A DNA stretch of 64,000 nt from Lama guanicoe (lineage: Eukaryota), in NCBI GenBank assembly GCA_013239625.1, contig MU056134.1:4914714-4978713 (forward strand), given 5' to 3'. Both the position numbers and the translations under genes were made by a program. Within the stretch, counting starts at the first letter, position 1, and each line of letters opens with the position of its first letter. The notes under the pieces were generated by a model. The model was not told the origin of the DNA. It did no database searches and saw nothing but the letters and a program-made list of their open reading frames with translations. Shown here piece after piece: positions 23,510-35,960 of the stretch.

Positions 23510-24966
23510 GATCTCCAAGGTCATTGTGGTGGGGGACCTGTCAGTGGGGAAGACTTGTCTCATAAATAGGTAAGAGGTTCCTGGAATGGAGCTGGATTGG
23601 GGTGGGCAGGGTGGGGCCAGGCCTAGCCAGGTAGGCTGGGCTAGGGCCAAGAGCATCTGGTGCCCTCTCAGGTTCTGCAAAGACACTTTTGATAAGAACT
23701 ACAAAGCCACCATTGGAGTGGACTTTGAGATGGAACGATTTGAGGTTTTGGGCGTCCCCTTCAGTCTGCAGCTGTGAGTTCTTCCTCTGCCCCTTCCCGC
23801 CATTCCTTCCCCCAGCACCTATATTCCACCTCAGCCATCACCACCCCCCTGCCCCATATAAACCTGTGTTTCCCCCTTCCTTCCTTCCAGCTGGGATACC
23901 GCGGGACAGGAGAGGTTCAAATGCATTGCGTCGACTTACTACCGAGGAGCTCAAGGTATGGGTCTGGGTGAAATGGGCTGGTTGGGTGCACCTGGTCTCT
24001 CATCTAGGGCTGGGGGAGGATTGTGGAAATGATCCAGTAGTGTTTTCCCCAACAACCTGGGGTTGTTTCTGCCACTCTTCCAGCCATCATCATTGTCTTC
24101 AACCTGAATGATGTGGCCTCCCTAGAACATACCAAGTACGTGGGGATGCTGAGCTATAATGGGGACTCTGGGGAGGAGAGGGTTCAGAAAAGAGGAGGGT
24201 TGGGGGCATGGTAGTGAACAAGAATGCATCCATGACCAAAGAGCACTGGGTAATCGGGCATACGAGTATCAGCAGGAGAGCCTGGCCATCTCCCTCATCC
24301 CTCACTGTCTGTGGCCCACCTGTGGCAGGCAGTGGTTAGCTGATGCTCTCAAGGAGAATGACCCTTCCAGTGTGCTTCTCTTCCTCGTGGGTTCCAAGAA
24401 GGATCTGAGTGTGAGTGTGCCAGTGGGGGGACTTCCCGCCTTGGTGAGGGGAACCCCACCCTCAGCACCTGACTCTGACTTTCCTTCAGACTCCTGCTCA
24501 GTATGTGCTGATGGAGAAAGACGCACTCAAGGTAGCCCAAGAGATGAAGGCCGAGTACTGGGCAGTCTCATCTCTCACTGGTGAGTCAGAGGCCTCCGAC
24601 CTTCTGTGGCATTCCTGCCTATGTTGCCTCTCACTCCTACACCTCCAACTGTGCCCATTGATCCCAGGCCTGGAACTGCCCTGAGCACCTATCTGCTCCC
24701 TGTGTCAGGTGAAAATGTCCGGGAATTCTTCTTCCGTGTGGCAGCACTAACCTTTGAGGCCAATGTCCTGGCTGAGCTGGAGAAATCGGGGTGCCGCCGC
24801 ATTGGGGATGTTGTCCGTGAGTGCCTGCCTGGATGAGGGTGGCAGAGAGCACAAGGACCCTCCAATCCCTGCTTCACATATTTCCCACTCTTCTTCAGGC
24901 ATCAACAGTGATGACAGCAACCTCTACCTAACTGCCAGCAAGAAGAAGCCCACATGCTGCCCATGA
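22296..24966 (+). CDS. RAB34: Ras-related protein Rab-34, 259 aa (260 aa with the proximal NAGNAG acceptor)
   Basis: Exons 22296-22349, 22565-22656, 23504(or 23501)-23569, 23672-23773, 23891-23955, 24084-24135, 24329-24410, 24490-24580, 24709-24816, 24899-24966; total 780 nt. Motifs GDLSVGKT, WDTAGQE, SKKD and C-terminal CCP. Confidence 0.97.
23020..23345 (-). mobile_element. MIR (RAB34 intron 2)
   Basis: actgaggctcagagagattaagaaatgtgtcctaagtcacacagctagtaagt. Boundaries approximate. Confidence 0.6.
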
Positions 24967-25298
24967 AGGGTGAGAGGACTGTCCAGAGACTGCCCAGCCT
25001 TGGGGCATTGTGTCCTCTTGACTCCCCCAGAGCTCAACCCCTGAACATTTGCACTGACTGTTTTTCCAGACCAAAGAGCTGCCCCTTGGTGGCAGTATCC
25101 CCAGAGGGGTAGCTGGGACCATGCTAGTCACTTTTACTGCCCCCAGGCACTGTGCCAAAGACTGGATGCCCCCCTCCTCCAGGGGCTCTCCAGGGTGCCT
25201 AGTGTTGGGGAGGTGGGCTCTACTTCTCTTGCTCAGTCTGCTGGGCCCTTTGAGTATGAGGATGCTTAATGGTCCCAGCTTTACACTGTGCCTTATGC

Positions 25299-25304
25299 AT
25301 TAAA
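25299..25304 (+). terminator. RAB34 poly(A) signal
   Basis: ATTAAA about 330 nt after the stop. Confidence 0.65.
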
Positions 25305-25751
25305 ATCTCTGTTATTAGCAGGTTGAGGGCTGGAGTCCTTTATCGGGGGTGAGGGATGTGGAATGGGCACAGCTGTATGGCAGTCTTGGGACTGGAGTCT
25401 TCTGCTGCAATTCTGGCCATTCCTGGCTGCTGCGCAGGCCTCAGGCAGGCTGGGAACTCAGGGATAACGTTTGAGGGGATGCTATGGACCCTCACTGGGT
25501 GCATCTGAATGATCTTTGAGATCTTAGCCCTTTCCTTTGGACCCTTCCCCCCCTCCCCAGGTGGGTCTCCCTACTTGGTACTTATAACCAAATTTCCACC
25601 ACTAGATAATATTTTTTCTTTTTTCACCTCTTGCCTTCCCTTTAAAAAATACTTCTGTGAGGGGAACAGAGTGAGAAGTGATTGAATTTTCAGTGCTTTT
25701 TGGGGTTCACCAGATGGTAGGGGCAGGGCTCTTACTCAGAAGATGTGCTGA

Positions 25752-25856
25752 TACATCTAACTATATTAGTGATAAAACATGAAATCATAAGTAGTTTCTG
25801 TTTGTATTTTAAAACAAATAAGAAATGACATTTTTTGTCTCAAAAAAAAAAAAAAA
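25752..25856 (+). mobile_element. Short 5'-truncated retroposed fragment with poly(A) tail and TSD
   Basis: Identical 12-bp TSD aagatgtgctga (25740-25751 and 25855-25866), A15 tail, AATAAG about 20 nt before the tail. Confidence 0.7.
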
Positions 25857-26849
25857 GATGTGCTGAGTCAGGAGGACCTGCATTTGAATCCTTGCTGTCC
25901 ATCCTGGAACATTCAGGCATATTACTCACCCTCTGTGCTTCAGTTTCCTCATCTGTAAAATGAGGCTAATACTGATGAGGTTTCTTGGGTGAAATAAGAT
26001 AAAGCACTAACATATACATAGGAAGATCTCAAAAGCCTTAACTATTATAACAATTTGGGGGAAGAGTGACCAAGAACCTGCCTCATTGTTGACATCTGAC
26101 CCAGAGCCAGAGTTTGGCTGAAAGTATCTCAGACATCTGGGCCAACATTGGAGGGACACATGTGGTGGGTGTCATCCGGGAGCCATGGAGGATCAAGATG
26201 AGAACAGAGATCCTGGTTCTCAGTTGGCAAGTGTTCTGTCCATTGGTTCCACTCTTACCTGCTACTCTGTCCTGGAAGGGCTTGCTTTTCTGCACACTCC
26301 CCCTTCTTCTGGCTTCCCCTCTCCTGCTGTTCCTAGAGCTCTCAAAAGCTACAGTGGGTAAGAGGGTCTGAATGTTAGTCCTATCCACTCAGGCTGTTGG
26401 GTCTAGAGGAAGGTGAAAGCTGGGATCACGCAGAGCAGCAGCAGGAGAGGCCCTTGATGACTCTGGAGAGCACAAAGTTTAAACACCATTCTTTTCCCTC
26501 CGAGAGTGTGTGGTGTGAGGGAAGTGTATAGTAGGTTACTATGCATGTAGCTGGCCCTGCTCCCAGCATTGGGCAAGCCAATGGAGATAAAACGACATGA
26601 GGTTGTATGATCGAAATAAAGTACTAACTAATAAAGTACATAGAAAAAGCTCGAAAACCTGAACTATTATAATAACTTTTGGGGGAAGATTGACCAAGAC
26701 TCTTTGTTTCTTTGTTGACATCTTTATTGGGCAGTATTGTCTCTGGGACAGGGGGCTAGGAGAGCAATCTAAGAGGGGGCACTGGGAGTAGGCGCCACAG
26801 AGAGGCTGGGAGCCCATATAACGTCCTTATCCGATGGGCTCCAGTGGAG

Positions 26850-28030
26850 GGGCCTGCAGGCGGAGAGAAAGAGAGCGAGCCTGGCCTCCCGCCTGGGCAG
26901 GAGGGACATTGGAAGAACTGGGATGGCGGGTTGGAGTTTGTAGGCCGTTGCTTCCCAGGCGGGCGGGCATGGGACAGAGTGTAGATTGGGGGCGGGGCTA
27001 AGGGTAGTGGCTGGGTTCCGAAGGATTGGGAGGGGCCAGGAGCAGCCCGAAGTGTGAGGTTGAGAGAATGCCTGGGGCGGGGCTAAGAACGGGGTTAGGG
27101 GCGGGGCTAGGGCCTAAGGGTAGGTGTAAGCTGGGAGCAGATCTGGAAAGGAACCAGGGATGGAGTGAGGGCTGGGCCTGAGCGGCCGAGCTAAAGTTTA
27201 GGCCTGAGATAAAGGGGAGGCGCCAAGGTTAAAGTAGGACAAAGAGGGAGGGGCCCGGAAGGAGCTGGGAGGCCCCGGATGAAGAGCGCGGTAGAAGTTC
27301 TGACCTGGGCTAAAACAACGCAGCCTAGAGCAGGGGGAGGGGAGGGACTGGGCAAGCATGAGGCGGAGCTAAGGGCTAAACTGGGGCGAAGCTGAGATTG
27401 GGGTTTATGGTGGACTCCATCAAGCTGAGGTTCAGGGTTGGACTTCTGCGAGGAAGAGTCTTGTAGAGACGAAGAACTGGGCTGAGAGCGATGTGGGTCA
27501 GGACGACACTGAGGATTGAAAGGTGGACCAAGGAAAAGGCTGAGGACAATGCCAGCTCGTGGGACGAGAGCGGCACCGGTAAGGAGGGGGCGTGGTACGG
27601 GGGCTGGCTTGAGGACACAAGGAGGGTGTGGAACCCGAGAGCTCGAAGAAGGAGGCGGGGCCAAGGGCTGACAGGGGCGGAGTTAGGATCTGGGGGCGGG
27701 CTCACGTCGAGCCGTGGACCAATGATTGAGGACTAGGGTCCTGAAGACCTGGAGAACCGCCTGCGGGTTCCGCTGGGGTTGTCCGGTGGACCCTGGTTGT
27801 AAGGCTGAAAGGCATCTCTGTGCCACAACCAGGAGCCTGAGCCGCTGCCCAAGACGTGCGGGCCTAGGCTGGAGCCCATGGTCCGGTGATTAAGTCACCT
27901 AGGCTGGAGCGGGCGGTTCCATTGACTTTGAGGGCAGGAAGTAGCCTGGAGTTTCCATACGTGACATCACAATCGCCTCCAGATGTGGGCGGGGCCAGGG
28001 CGGAATTTCCAAGGAGATCGGAGCTGCACT
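26850..28030 (+). promoter_or_regulatory. PROCA1 CpG-rich promoter
   Basis: Three GGGGCGGGGCTA GC boxes (about 26989, 27074, 27099); CCAAT and CRE-like motifs just inside intron 1. Confidence 0.6.
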
Positions 28031-31000
28031 GCCTTGCTCCCTACTCTTTCCTCCCCTTTCTAAGTTACTCCCTTCCTTTGTCCCTTCCTCCCTCCCTTCC
28101 TCCCCTATTCAGCTGCTGGGGTGCCCAACCTGGAACCCCACCCCCTGTGCCGCAAGGGCAGGGGGAGCTCCTCAGCCCTGAAGACTGGAAGGATTCCTTA
28201 CAAATGAGCATCACCTGTGAGTTTTGAATTAGGTCCCTGTGCCCCGATTAATGCCCTATTGAGAAAGAGACCACAAGCCTCCTTCTTCCTTTTAAGCTAT
28301 CACTCTTATTCATAATAAAGTTCCCCCTAGTGTCCAACTTCAATCACTTCTGCTGCAGGAGCTCTAGACTGCTGCTTCAGTTAGAGCTCTCCTGTCGTGA
28401 AACTAGGGCAGATTGCCTCCCTCAGATCTGAGAGTTACTAAATCTCTCCCCTTGGCAAAGTTATGATTGTCAAAGATTCTTGGGGGTGTAGGGGGGAAGT
28501 TAGTCAGTGGACCCTGCTTATTAGCGTCTTCCATGATGACTCTGCAGAGAGCAAGCAGAGTTTGAATCCTGACCCTGGATCATGCTGCTCTGGCCTGACC
28601 TTAGGGTCCAGGCTGGATAAGAGAGGCTGTGGAGTAAGGACTGAGTAAAGCCAGAGGGTGATGAATTGGCTATGTTAGAGTTGAAAAGCAGGTGTAGTGG
28701 GAAGTAATAGTTGGCAGGACAGGTTTTGGATAGGAACTGCAAGTAGACAGGGCTGAAACAGCACAGCTATGGAGCCAAGAAAACTGAATTTGAATCCTAC
28801 CGCCATCTATTAGCTTGTGTCCTTGGAGAAGTTACTTATCCTGAGTCTCTGTGTCCCCATTCACAGGATGGGCTGGGTTGATGATTTAGAATCAAAGGCA
28901 TATTTAAAAAACCCAGCACAGTGCCTGACTTTGGGAAGATGCTCATCCAGGGTCAATTTTCTTTTCCTAGAGAAGTCCCCAGGTTTGAACCCTCCAATGC
29001 CAGGGTTTATTTGTGGCTCCAATACAGACTTTATTCTATTCTATTCTACTCATGTATTCATTCAATCAACCAACATTTATTGAGCATTTTCCATGTCTCA
29101 GGATCTGCAGACACAGAGACAGATGAAATATAAGCCTTGTTCTCAAGCTGCTATAAACGCATGAAGTACCATGGTGCAGTGTAAAGGGGCAAAAGATGTG
29201 TGACCAATTCTATTTGGATAGCATTGTTCTTTCCAAGATGATCAGGTGTTCCTGGGGAGTGGGAGACAGAAGAGAAGGAATGGAAGGATGAGAGGAGGGA
29301 TGGGTGGGAGGAACTTATAATTGAGGAAGGAACCAGGGTCCGGGTCCTGGGGGCCAATTATGTCATGATAAGGAGTTTACACTTTGTCCTGAAGGCAGTG
29401 GAATGCTATTAAAGAGGTGGACCAGTTGGGATTCTAGAAAACTCAGTTTGGTGTATTGTGAGGACTGGATGTGCCTAGTGAGACAGAAGTCAGGGAGGCC
29501 AGGCAGGAGGCCATGCCAGTTGTCTCCGTCAGAGATAATGAAGGAAAGTCCTAACCAAGACAGAGGCAGATGTGGAGGCAGGTAGGCATGGCAAGACTTG
29601 GTCATCAAGTTGGTGAGAAGTGAGGGAAAGGATGATCCCTAGATTTCTAGCTGAGGTGTCTGTTACTCTCTGAAAATGGAAGACACAAGAGGAGGTGGTT
29701 CATGGAAGATAGGGAGAAGATGGTGGGTTAGTGTGGGACATGCTGGTCTGATGTTTTTGGAATGTCCAAGAGGACACTGGCTTCATCCTCAGGAAAGCAG
29801 TCTGGATTGGAGACCCACCTTTGTGTCATTTTATTAGTGGATGTTGAAACCATGGAAGTGGATAACATTACCCAAGGTAAGCCTGTAGAGACTTTGGAGA
29901 ATGAAGCCAAAGACAGAACCCTGGTAATCACCAATTTAAAGGGTACAACAGAGGAAGAGGGGAGAGCAGAGGAGTCAAGAAAGAACTAAAGAGCTAATCA
30001 GAGAAGGAAGAGAGAGATGAGAGATCTGTCACGGGAGCCAAAGAAACAGTTTGCAGAAGAAAGAGATTGGTCAGCAGGGTCAAGTGAGATGAGACAAAAA
30101 GAAGGCCACTGGGTTTGGCTGTTAGCTCACTGGTGGCCTTTGCCTGGGCTATTCTGATACAGGGTCTAGGTGTCATGCTGTAGGTGGCTGGAATAGGAAA
30201 GAGAGGTAGAAACTCTGAACTCACTGAAAGTAGGGACTGGGTCTCCTTCATTGGTGCCTAGTGAAGCTATCCAATCTGTCTGTTAAATGAGTGAGTGAGT
30301 AAATTTGGACTGAAAAGGAAGAGGGTGGGATATGAAGTGGCAGAGGGAGAAACAGAGTTCATAGAGTGTTTTGTTTAAAGATGTTAATAGCCTGTAGGAA
30401 AACAAAAACCCAAAAACATTAAAGAGGGGAAGGTGAGAATTCTTTCTGGGACCTAGAGTTCAGGTACTTGGGCAGAAGGAAGGACATTTCCCCAGGCTCG
30501 AGGAGAGTTGATGAGGGTGGAAGCAGCCACAGATAATGCTAGTGAAATGATGTGCTGAGAGGAACAGCAGCAGGGTAGGAGTTTCCAGGGAAGTGCTTGG
30601 AGTTTCATTCATTCATTCCATTAATTTTGAATACTTACTGTACTGTGGAAAACAGAAGGAGCTGACCAGAGACCTGTAGGAGGCCTAGCTGAAATCCTCA
30701 AGCAGTCAGCTACCTTCCTTAAGCAGGCCTCAGCTCCAATACCCGAAAGGATGAGGCTAATTGTAGGAAAAGAAGTAAAGTGGCAGATTCTACAGTGTAG
30801 TTCTGATGGAGCTGCTGTCCTGTTAGTAGTTTTGTTTGGGGACACTCTCTGACCAGGCTCCACACACCCTGGGACAATTCCTGGGACTGTCCCTGCTTGC
30901 CTAGACCCTGGCTAACGCCTATTCATTACTCTACGCCGAGTCAGTTCCTATTACGCTTCTTCCAAGAAATCTTTCCTGACCACCCCCATCCCCCATCTCA

Positions 31001-34000
31001 TCCTTGTTCCCTCCTCCCATAGCCCATCCCACCATTCCCTCCCTGTCTGTGTCTACTTCACACTACTGTCACCCACTGTTGCACATACCTCTTCTGGGTC
31101 CCACTCCTCATCCCCTCCCCCAGTGAGGACTGTTGTGTTCTTTTCATCTCTGCATCTCCTGAGGCCTGACACCTAGAGCTTCTCAGGCTGAATGAATGGC
31201 ATGGGGAGGGGGCTGCTGCTGCTACCACTCTGTGCTCTCTCAGATATAAACAGGTTACCCAGCTGGGAGAGAGGACATCTGTTGGCTGGTGTGGCTTCGA
31301 GCACTGATACATCTACCTTCTCCTCTGAAGGTGGGTCCAGGGGGTCTCTGGCCCCAGAGGCCCCCCCACTCCTCATCTGGGACAGAGGGAAGTGTTTGGT
31401 CCTGAAGGGATTACCCAGCCGCTCCACCCACACCCCTTCTCACACCAGAGAGCAGCCCTTCCTGGAGGCCACAATCACTCCTTTCCTTTGTATGGCAGTT
31501 TATGGTACACAAATATCTTTGACATAGGTGAACTGAGCCCTCCCAACAACCCTGCAAAATAGATATTACCACCATCCCTATTTTGTGAATAAGGAAATGA
31601 AGGCTCAGAGAAGTCATGTAACTTGCCCTAGGTTACCCAGATTGACTTGAAATCAGGCCTGTCTGACTACAAGTTCAGGGCACTTGCCACTCTGCTGCCC
31701 TTTGCCCCAGTTCAGCAGTGCTGAAGAAACCCAAAGTGGTGGTAGTGGTGTTCCAAGGTCCTGCCTCACATACAGGACTCCTTCTGCCTCTTACTTCCCT
31801 GGGATGGAGAAAGGGAGGAAAGGGGGAGGGTCAAGGGTGTAGGGGGAACCCAGACCCTTCACAGCTGGGCAGGGAGAAGGGAAGGGAGGAGGAAGAATGT
31901 GGGGAAGGCTCAGAGCTGTCTCATCTCTCAAGTACTTTAAGGCCACCTGGACTAACACCACCCCGCCCCACCACCAGCACCACCAGCGTGAGTTAACTCC
32001 TGGTGCCCAGTATGAGGTCTTGCCCCAGTTTCACCCCTTGTAGAGGCTGGATAAATGCACAATCCCCCTGGCCTGTTTGGAGGGAGTCAGTCAGCCATAG
32101 TACCTCAAGCCAGGCTGCCCTGGAACCCATGAGTGCCCTTCCTCCTCAGGCACTGGGTGGGGCCAGAGTCAGGGGAACCTGCAGGATGGTGCCTTGTTCT
32201 CTCTGCCTTGATGACACTTTGGGCACAAGGAGTCACTTCATGGGCTTTTAGATGGTGGTCCGAGGGGAGAGCCATTGGTACATTGAAGCTATAGGCAAGA
32301 TCAGAGGTGAGATAATGGGGGTGGAGGCTGGGAAATGCCAGTATGTGTCCAGGGCTTGAATTCAACTGAGCAGAGGTAGGAAACTTTCTCCAGGCTTTCC
32401 CCTAATCCTAAACCCTCTCCCCAGCAGCTTCTCCCCTGTGCCCTGGGAAAGGGGACACAGTATCTGTGCTACCTACAAGGGGTGGGCTGTTCAAGTCTGT
32501 GGCTCTAGGAACTAGGGAGAATGGATGGGGAACGGAAACTTGATGAGTAAAGAGTAGGGAAAGAATCAAGAGGGAGCCTAGGAAAGGGGAAAGAAGTGAG
32601 AGAAAGGTGTCAGAAGGAGAAGAGGCTTGGAGAAGAGAGAAGGAGGGAAAGGGGAAGGAAGAGTCAGGAGGAGAAGCCAAGGAGCATGACGTGCTCCCCT
32701 CCAGACTTGAGCTGGCAGGCTGCAGCAGACCTGGGGGCTGGAGTGGCTCCAGAGGCTGTGAGGGGTCAGATACAGGCCTCCCGGGCCTATGCAGGACAGG
32801 CATAGGAGATGAGGATGCTGCTGCTTCTGCTGGCTTTAATCACTGGGGACTCTGAAGTGGCGCTCCCCTCTGCCATAGCAAGAGAGCTGTCCCCTACCCA
32901 GGCACTCTGTGCCATGGGGTAGGTGACAACTCTGAACAGCTGGGTGAGGGGCTGGCGGGAGTCCGTGGAGGGCCCCGGGAAGGTAGACTCCCACAGAAGG
33001 CAGGGGAGAGCAAGAGGAAGGTGTCCCAGGGCAGCAAGGGGGACTTGGTGAGGACCTTGGTGAGTCTGAGGAGGGGCAGGCAGATTAACGCAGTGGACTG
33101 GGGAGAGGGGAGTCCTGAGAGGGACTGACTACTGGGCTAAGTTACTACTACTCAGCAGTAGAAACAGGTGTCGGGGAGGGCAGAGGTGATAGCAGGTGAA
33201 CTAGTGAAGCCTTTAGATTGAGCCGTGGGAAGACCCAGGTGTGTTGCTGCTACTGCCTGGGTATGACCCAGACTCCTACCTGCTCAGGTGAATTCAAGGA
33301 CACTGACAGGTGCTGCTGGAAACATAAAAAGTGCACCGGGCACATCATCCATCCCTTCACCTCTGACTATGGCCACTACAACCTGCACCTGCACTCTGTC
33401 AGCCACTGCGACTGTGATTCTAGGTAAGGGCCTACTCCTTGGGAAACCTACAGCCTAGGAGACTCCTGGGCAGAGCCAGGGGCAAATTTTCACTGTGGTT
33501 CCCCACTCTGGCTGACCTGGCACTGCAGCCCAGCCCCAGCTTTATAAACGTGTCTTTGCTACAAGAGCCATGGGGAGGTCTTTTGGCAGTCTGGGATGAG
33601 CCCTGTGGAAGCCCGTTGTCCCTCAGGCTTCTTGCTCTGGGCCCCTGGGGAGTCATGGAGGCACAGGAACCAGGCTGAGTCCCCTGTGTGGCAGGCTGAA
33701 GGACTGCTCAGAGAAGATAAATAGCAGCTCCCAAGATGTGGGCCCAACCTGCTCCCGAGATGTGGGCTCAGCCTGTTTCAACACCATCCAGTCCCCTTGC
33801 TTTGAGCTCATCCCAGAGGAAGAGTGTGTGGAGCAGTTCTGTTATGGCTGGTGAGTGTCGGCAGGCTGACGGTGGCACTATGGGGCACTCGCCCCCCCCA
33901 CTCTGTCAACCATCTTTCCCTGTCCTCCTCCCTCCCAGGTGCAAAAGCTACAGGCCTATCTCCGTGGCAGTGATCCACCATCCCATCCACCATGAGTGTG

Positions 34001-34602
34001 GGGCAGATGACCTCAATGAAGAAGAGGAAGAGGAGGAGGAGGAGGAAGAAAGCAAGCCTCCCATCCCGACCCAAGTGGGGCCCACCACCACACTCACCGA
34101 CACAGGCATGGGCATGGTCACTGGCACCCTTGACTCAGCAGCTCCCATCACCATCTGGCGTTCTGAAAGCCCCACAGGGAAGTCCCAGGGCAACAAGGTG
34201 ATCAAGAAGGTAAAGAAGAAAAAAGAAAAAGAGAAAGACAAGGAGGAGGAGATGGACGAAAAGGCAAAGCTGAAGAAAAAAGTCAAGAAGAGCAAGTTGA
34301 CTAAGAAGAAAAGCCCGGTTAAATCAGAATCACCTCCAGACTTGATCCGATCGTTAAGCCCAAGAGAGCTGGCCAGGATGTCAGAGTCCAGCCCAGACAG
34401 CCGGCCAGACCTGGAAAGTGAGGACAGTTACAATGATCCTGGCCGGGAGGAACCCTCCAGCGAGGATATTGTAGAGCCTTCATCGCCCAGGAAGAGAGAG
34501 AAGAACAGTAACAAGGCCAAGAAGCCCGGGATGAAGACCTCACCGGCCAAGAAGGTCAACAAGAGGAAATCTCCCCCAGCATCAAACCCCAATCTCAGTT
34601 GA
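27491..34602 (+). CDS. PROCA1: Protein interacting with cyclin A1, 376 aa; group III PLA2-like Cys-rich domain plus Glu/Lys/Ser-rich tail
   Basis: Exons 27491-27578, 31244-31330, 33288-33423, 33695-33850, 33939-34602; total 1131 nt, GT-AG. MWVRTTLRIERWTKEK...DINRLPSWERGHLLAGVASS...DRCCWKHKKC...SHCDCD...KRKSPPASNPNLS*. Confidence 0.93.
29050..30200 (-). mobile_element. L2 LINE fragment (PROCA1 intron 1)
   Basis: cattcaatcaaccaacatttattgagc start and purine-rich L2 body. Boundaries approximate. Confidence 0.55.
31520..31690 (-). mobile_element. MIR
   Basis: catccctattttgtgaataaggaaatgaaggctcagagaagtcatgtaacttgccctagg. Confidence 0.6.
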
Positions 34603-34624
34603 GGCCAGGGCGACCAGGGTGAAG

Positions 34625-34630
34625 AATAAA
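34625..34630 (+). terminator. PROCA1 poly(A) signal (a second AATAAA lies at 34941-34946)
   Basis: AATAAA 22 nt after the stop codon. Confidence 0.7.
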
Positions 34631-35619
34631 TGCAATCAAGCCTATAGCTGACCCCCTGCTTCTCTCTCCCTCCAACCTGGCTCCTTCTGGCGGGGGGGAG
34701 GGCTCTGGGCAGAGCTGGAACTAAGGGGCTAAGGGGCTACTGGGGTTTCTGGAGGGCAATCCATCTCAGAAGGTAGGTGGGAAGACATGGGAGGGGCACA
34801 GCCTGTTTCTTTGTAACATCCTAGGCCCAGGGCAGAAGAAGAGCGCATCTGGGTGAGGTGGGAAGGAAGCTTCCTGTCAACTGGGAGATGAGTCTGAAAT
34901 CCAGTTGGGAACAGGCAGTTCTGTCTGCAGTAATACCCCTAATAAATTGAAACTTTTAACCCAGTTTGTGCCACTGTGGCCTGGCATTTCCCTGGGGAAG
35001 GTGCTGGTGGCATCAAAGGGTATATGATCTTCCCAGCTGGTGTGGCCCTGCTTCTGCTAGACCCTTCTAGACCTTTTGTACTGAAGGGAACAGAACTGAG
35101 TTCCTGGCAGAAGGCCAGCCCCTTCCCCCAACACTTGCCAACAAACAGCCAGAGAGATCTTGAATGAAGAACAGCAAGGTGGAGAACTCACCAAGTTCGG
35201 GCAGCAGAGGCCTTTTCTGACTTCTCTGATGAGCCCCAGAGGAAACGGAGGGGGAACCCTTACTTTCCTAGCACTGATAGGCAAAGTTGTCAGAGGAAGC
35301 CCTTGTGAAGAAACACAGTGAGATCAGGAGACCAGAACAGAAGAGGCAGTGGGGCTGGCAGAAGGGACAAGTGCCAGGGGACCGGCCTTCCCTGCAACAT
35401 TCCAGCGTCCTCTGCCAAGGCTGTGTGTGTGGCCCATCCTGGGGCAGACTCACGTAGAGGTACTGTCAGAGGCTAAAGCCCAGCCAGCACAAAGGAGAGA
35501 GGTGCACGGGCTCAGGTGGAGAAACGCAGATTGACTTGTGGCCTTTCTTCCACGTGCCAGAGAAGATGAGCAGACACAGTGGATGGGGTGGCTGTGTGTG
35601 TCTGTTATTATAAACAGCA

Positions 35620-35835
35620 GGTCCCAAGCACTGGGCTTACCACTTCACACACTTCTATCTTAGTCCTCACAGCAGCCCTGCTGAGGTAGGTATCACCATC
35701 TCCGTTTTACAGATGAGAAAGCTTGGCTTAGAAACAACAGGAGTTTGCTCAAGGTCACAGGGCTGGGAAGTGGAGCAGGGATGTGACCTCAGGCAGTCTG
35801 ATGCAGAAGCCACCTGATCCTCTATAAGTCATTGC
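35620..35835 (-). mobile_element. MIR between the PROCA1 and SUPT6H 3' ends
   Basis: catctccgttttacagatgagaaagc...tttgctcaaggtcacagggctgggaagtgg. Confidence 0.6.
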
Positions 35836-35954
35836 CTCTGATGTCCTGCAAGAGGGAGTCAAGGGAGCCCTCAGAACTCCAAACACTGCTTTGAAAGCTA
35901 CCCTTTAAGAGCTGGAGAGAGAGAGGCTTTGCGAAATGCTCTGTAGAAACACTG

Positions 35955-35960
35955 TTTATT
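35955..35960 (-). terminator. SUPT6H poly(A) signal
   Basis: AATAAA on the minus strand about 590 nt after the stop. Confidence 0.75.

Noticed and set aside
33736-33938. ORF-track N-terminus MWAQPAPEMWAQP for PROCA1
   Set aside because: Wrong frame of exon 4 read through intron 4; the repeat reflects the 24-nt duplication.
33948-34295. Phe/Ser-rich minus-strand ORF
   Set aside because: Antisense of the Lys/Glu low-complexity tail of PROCA1.
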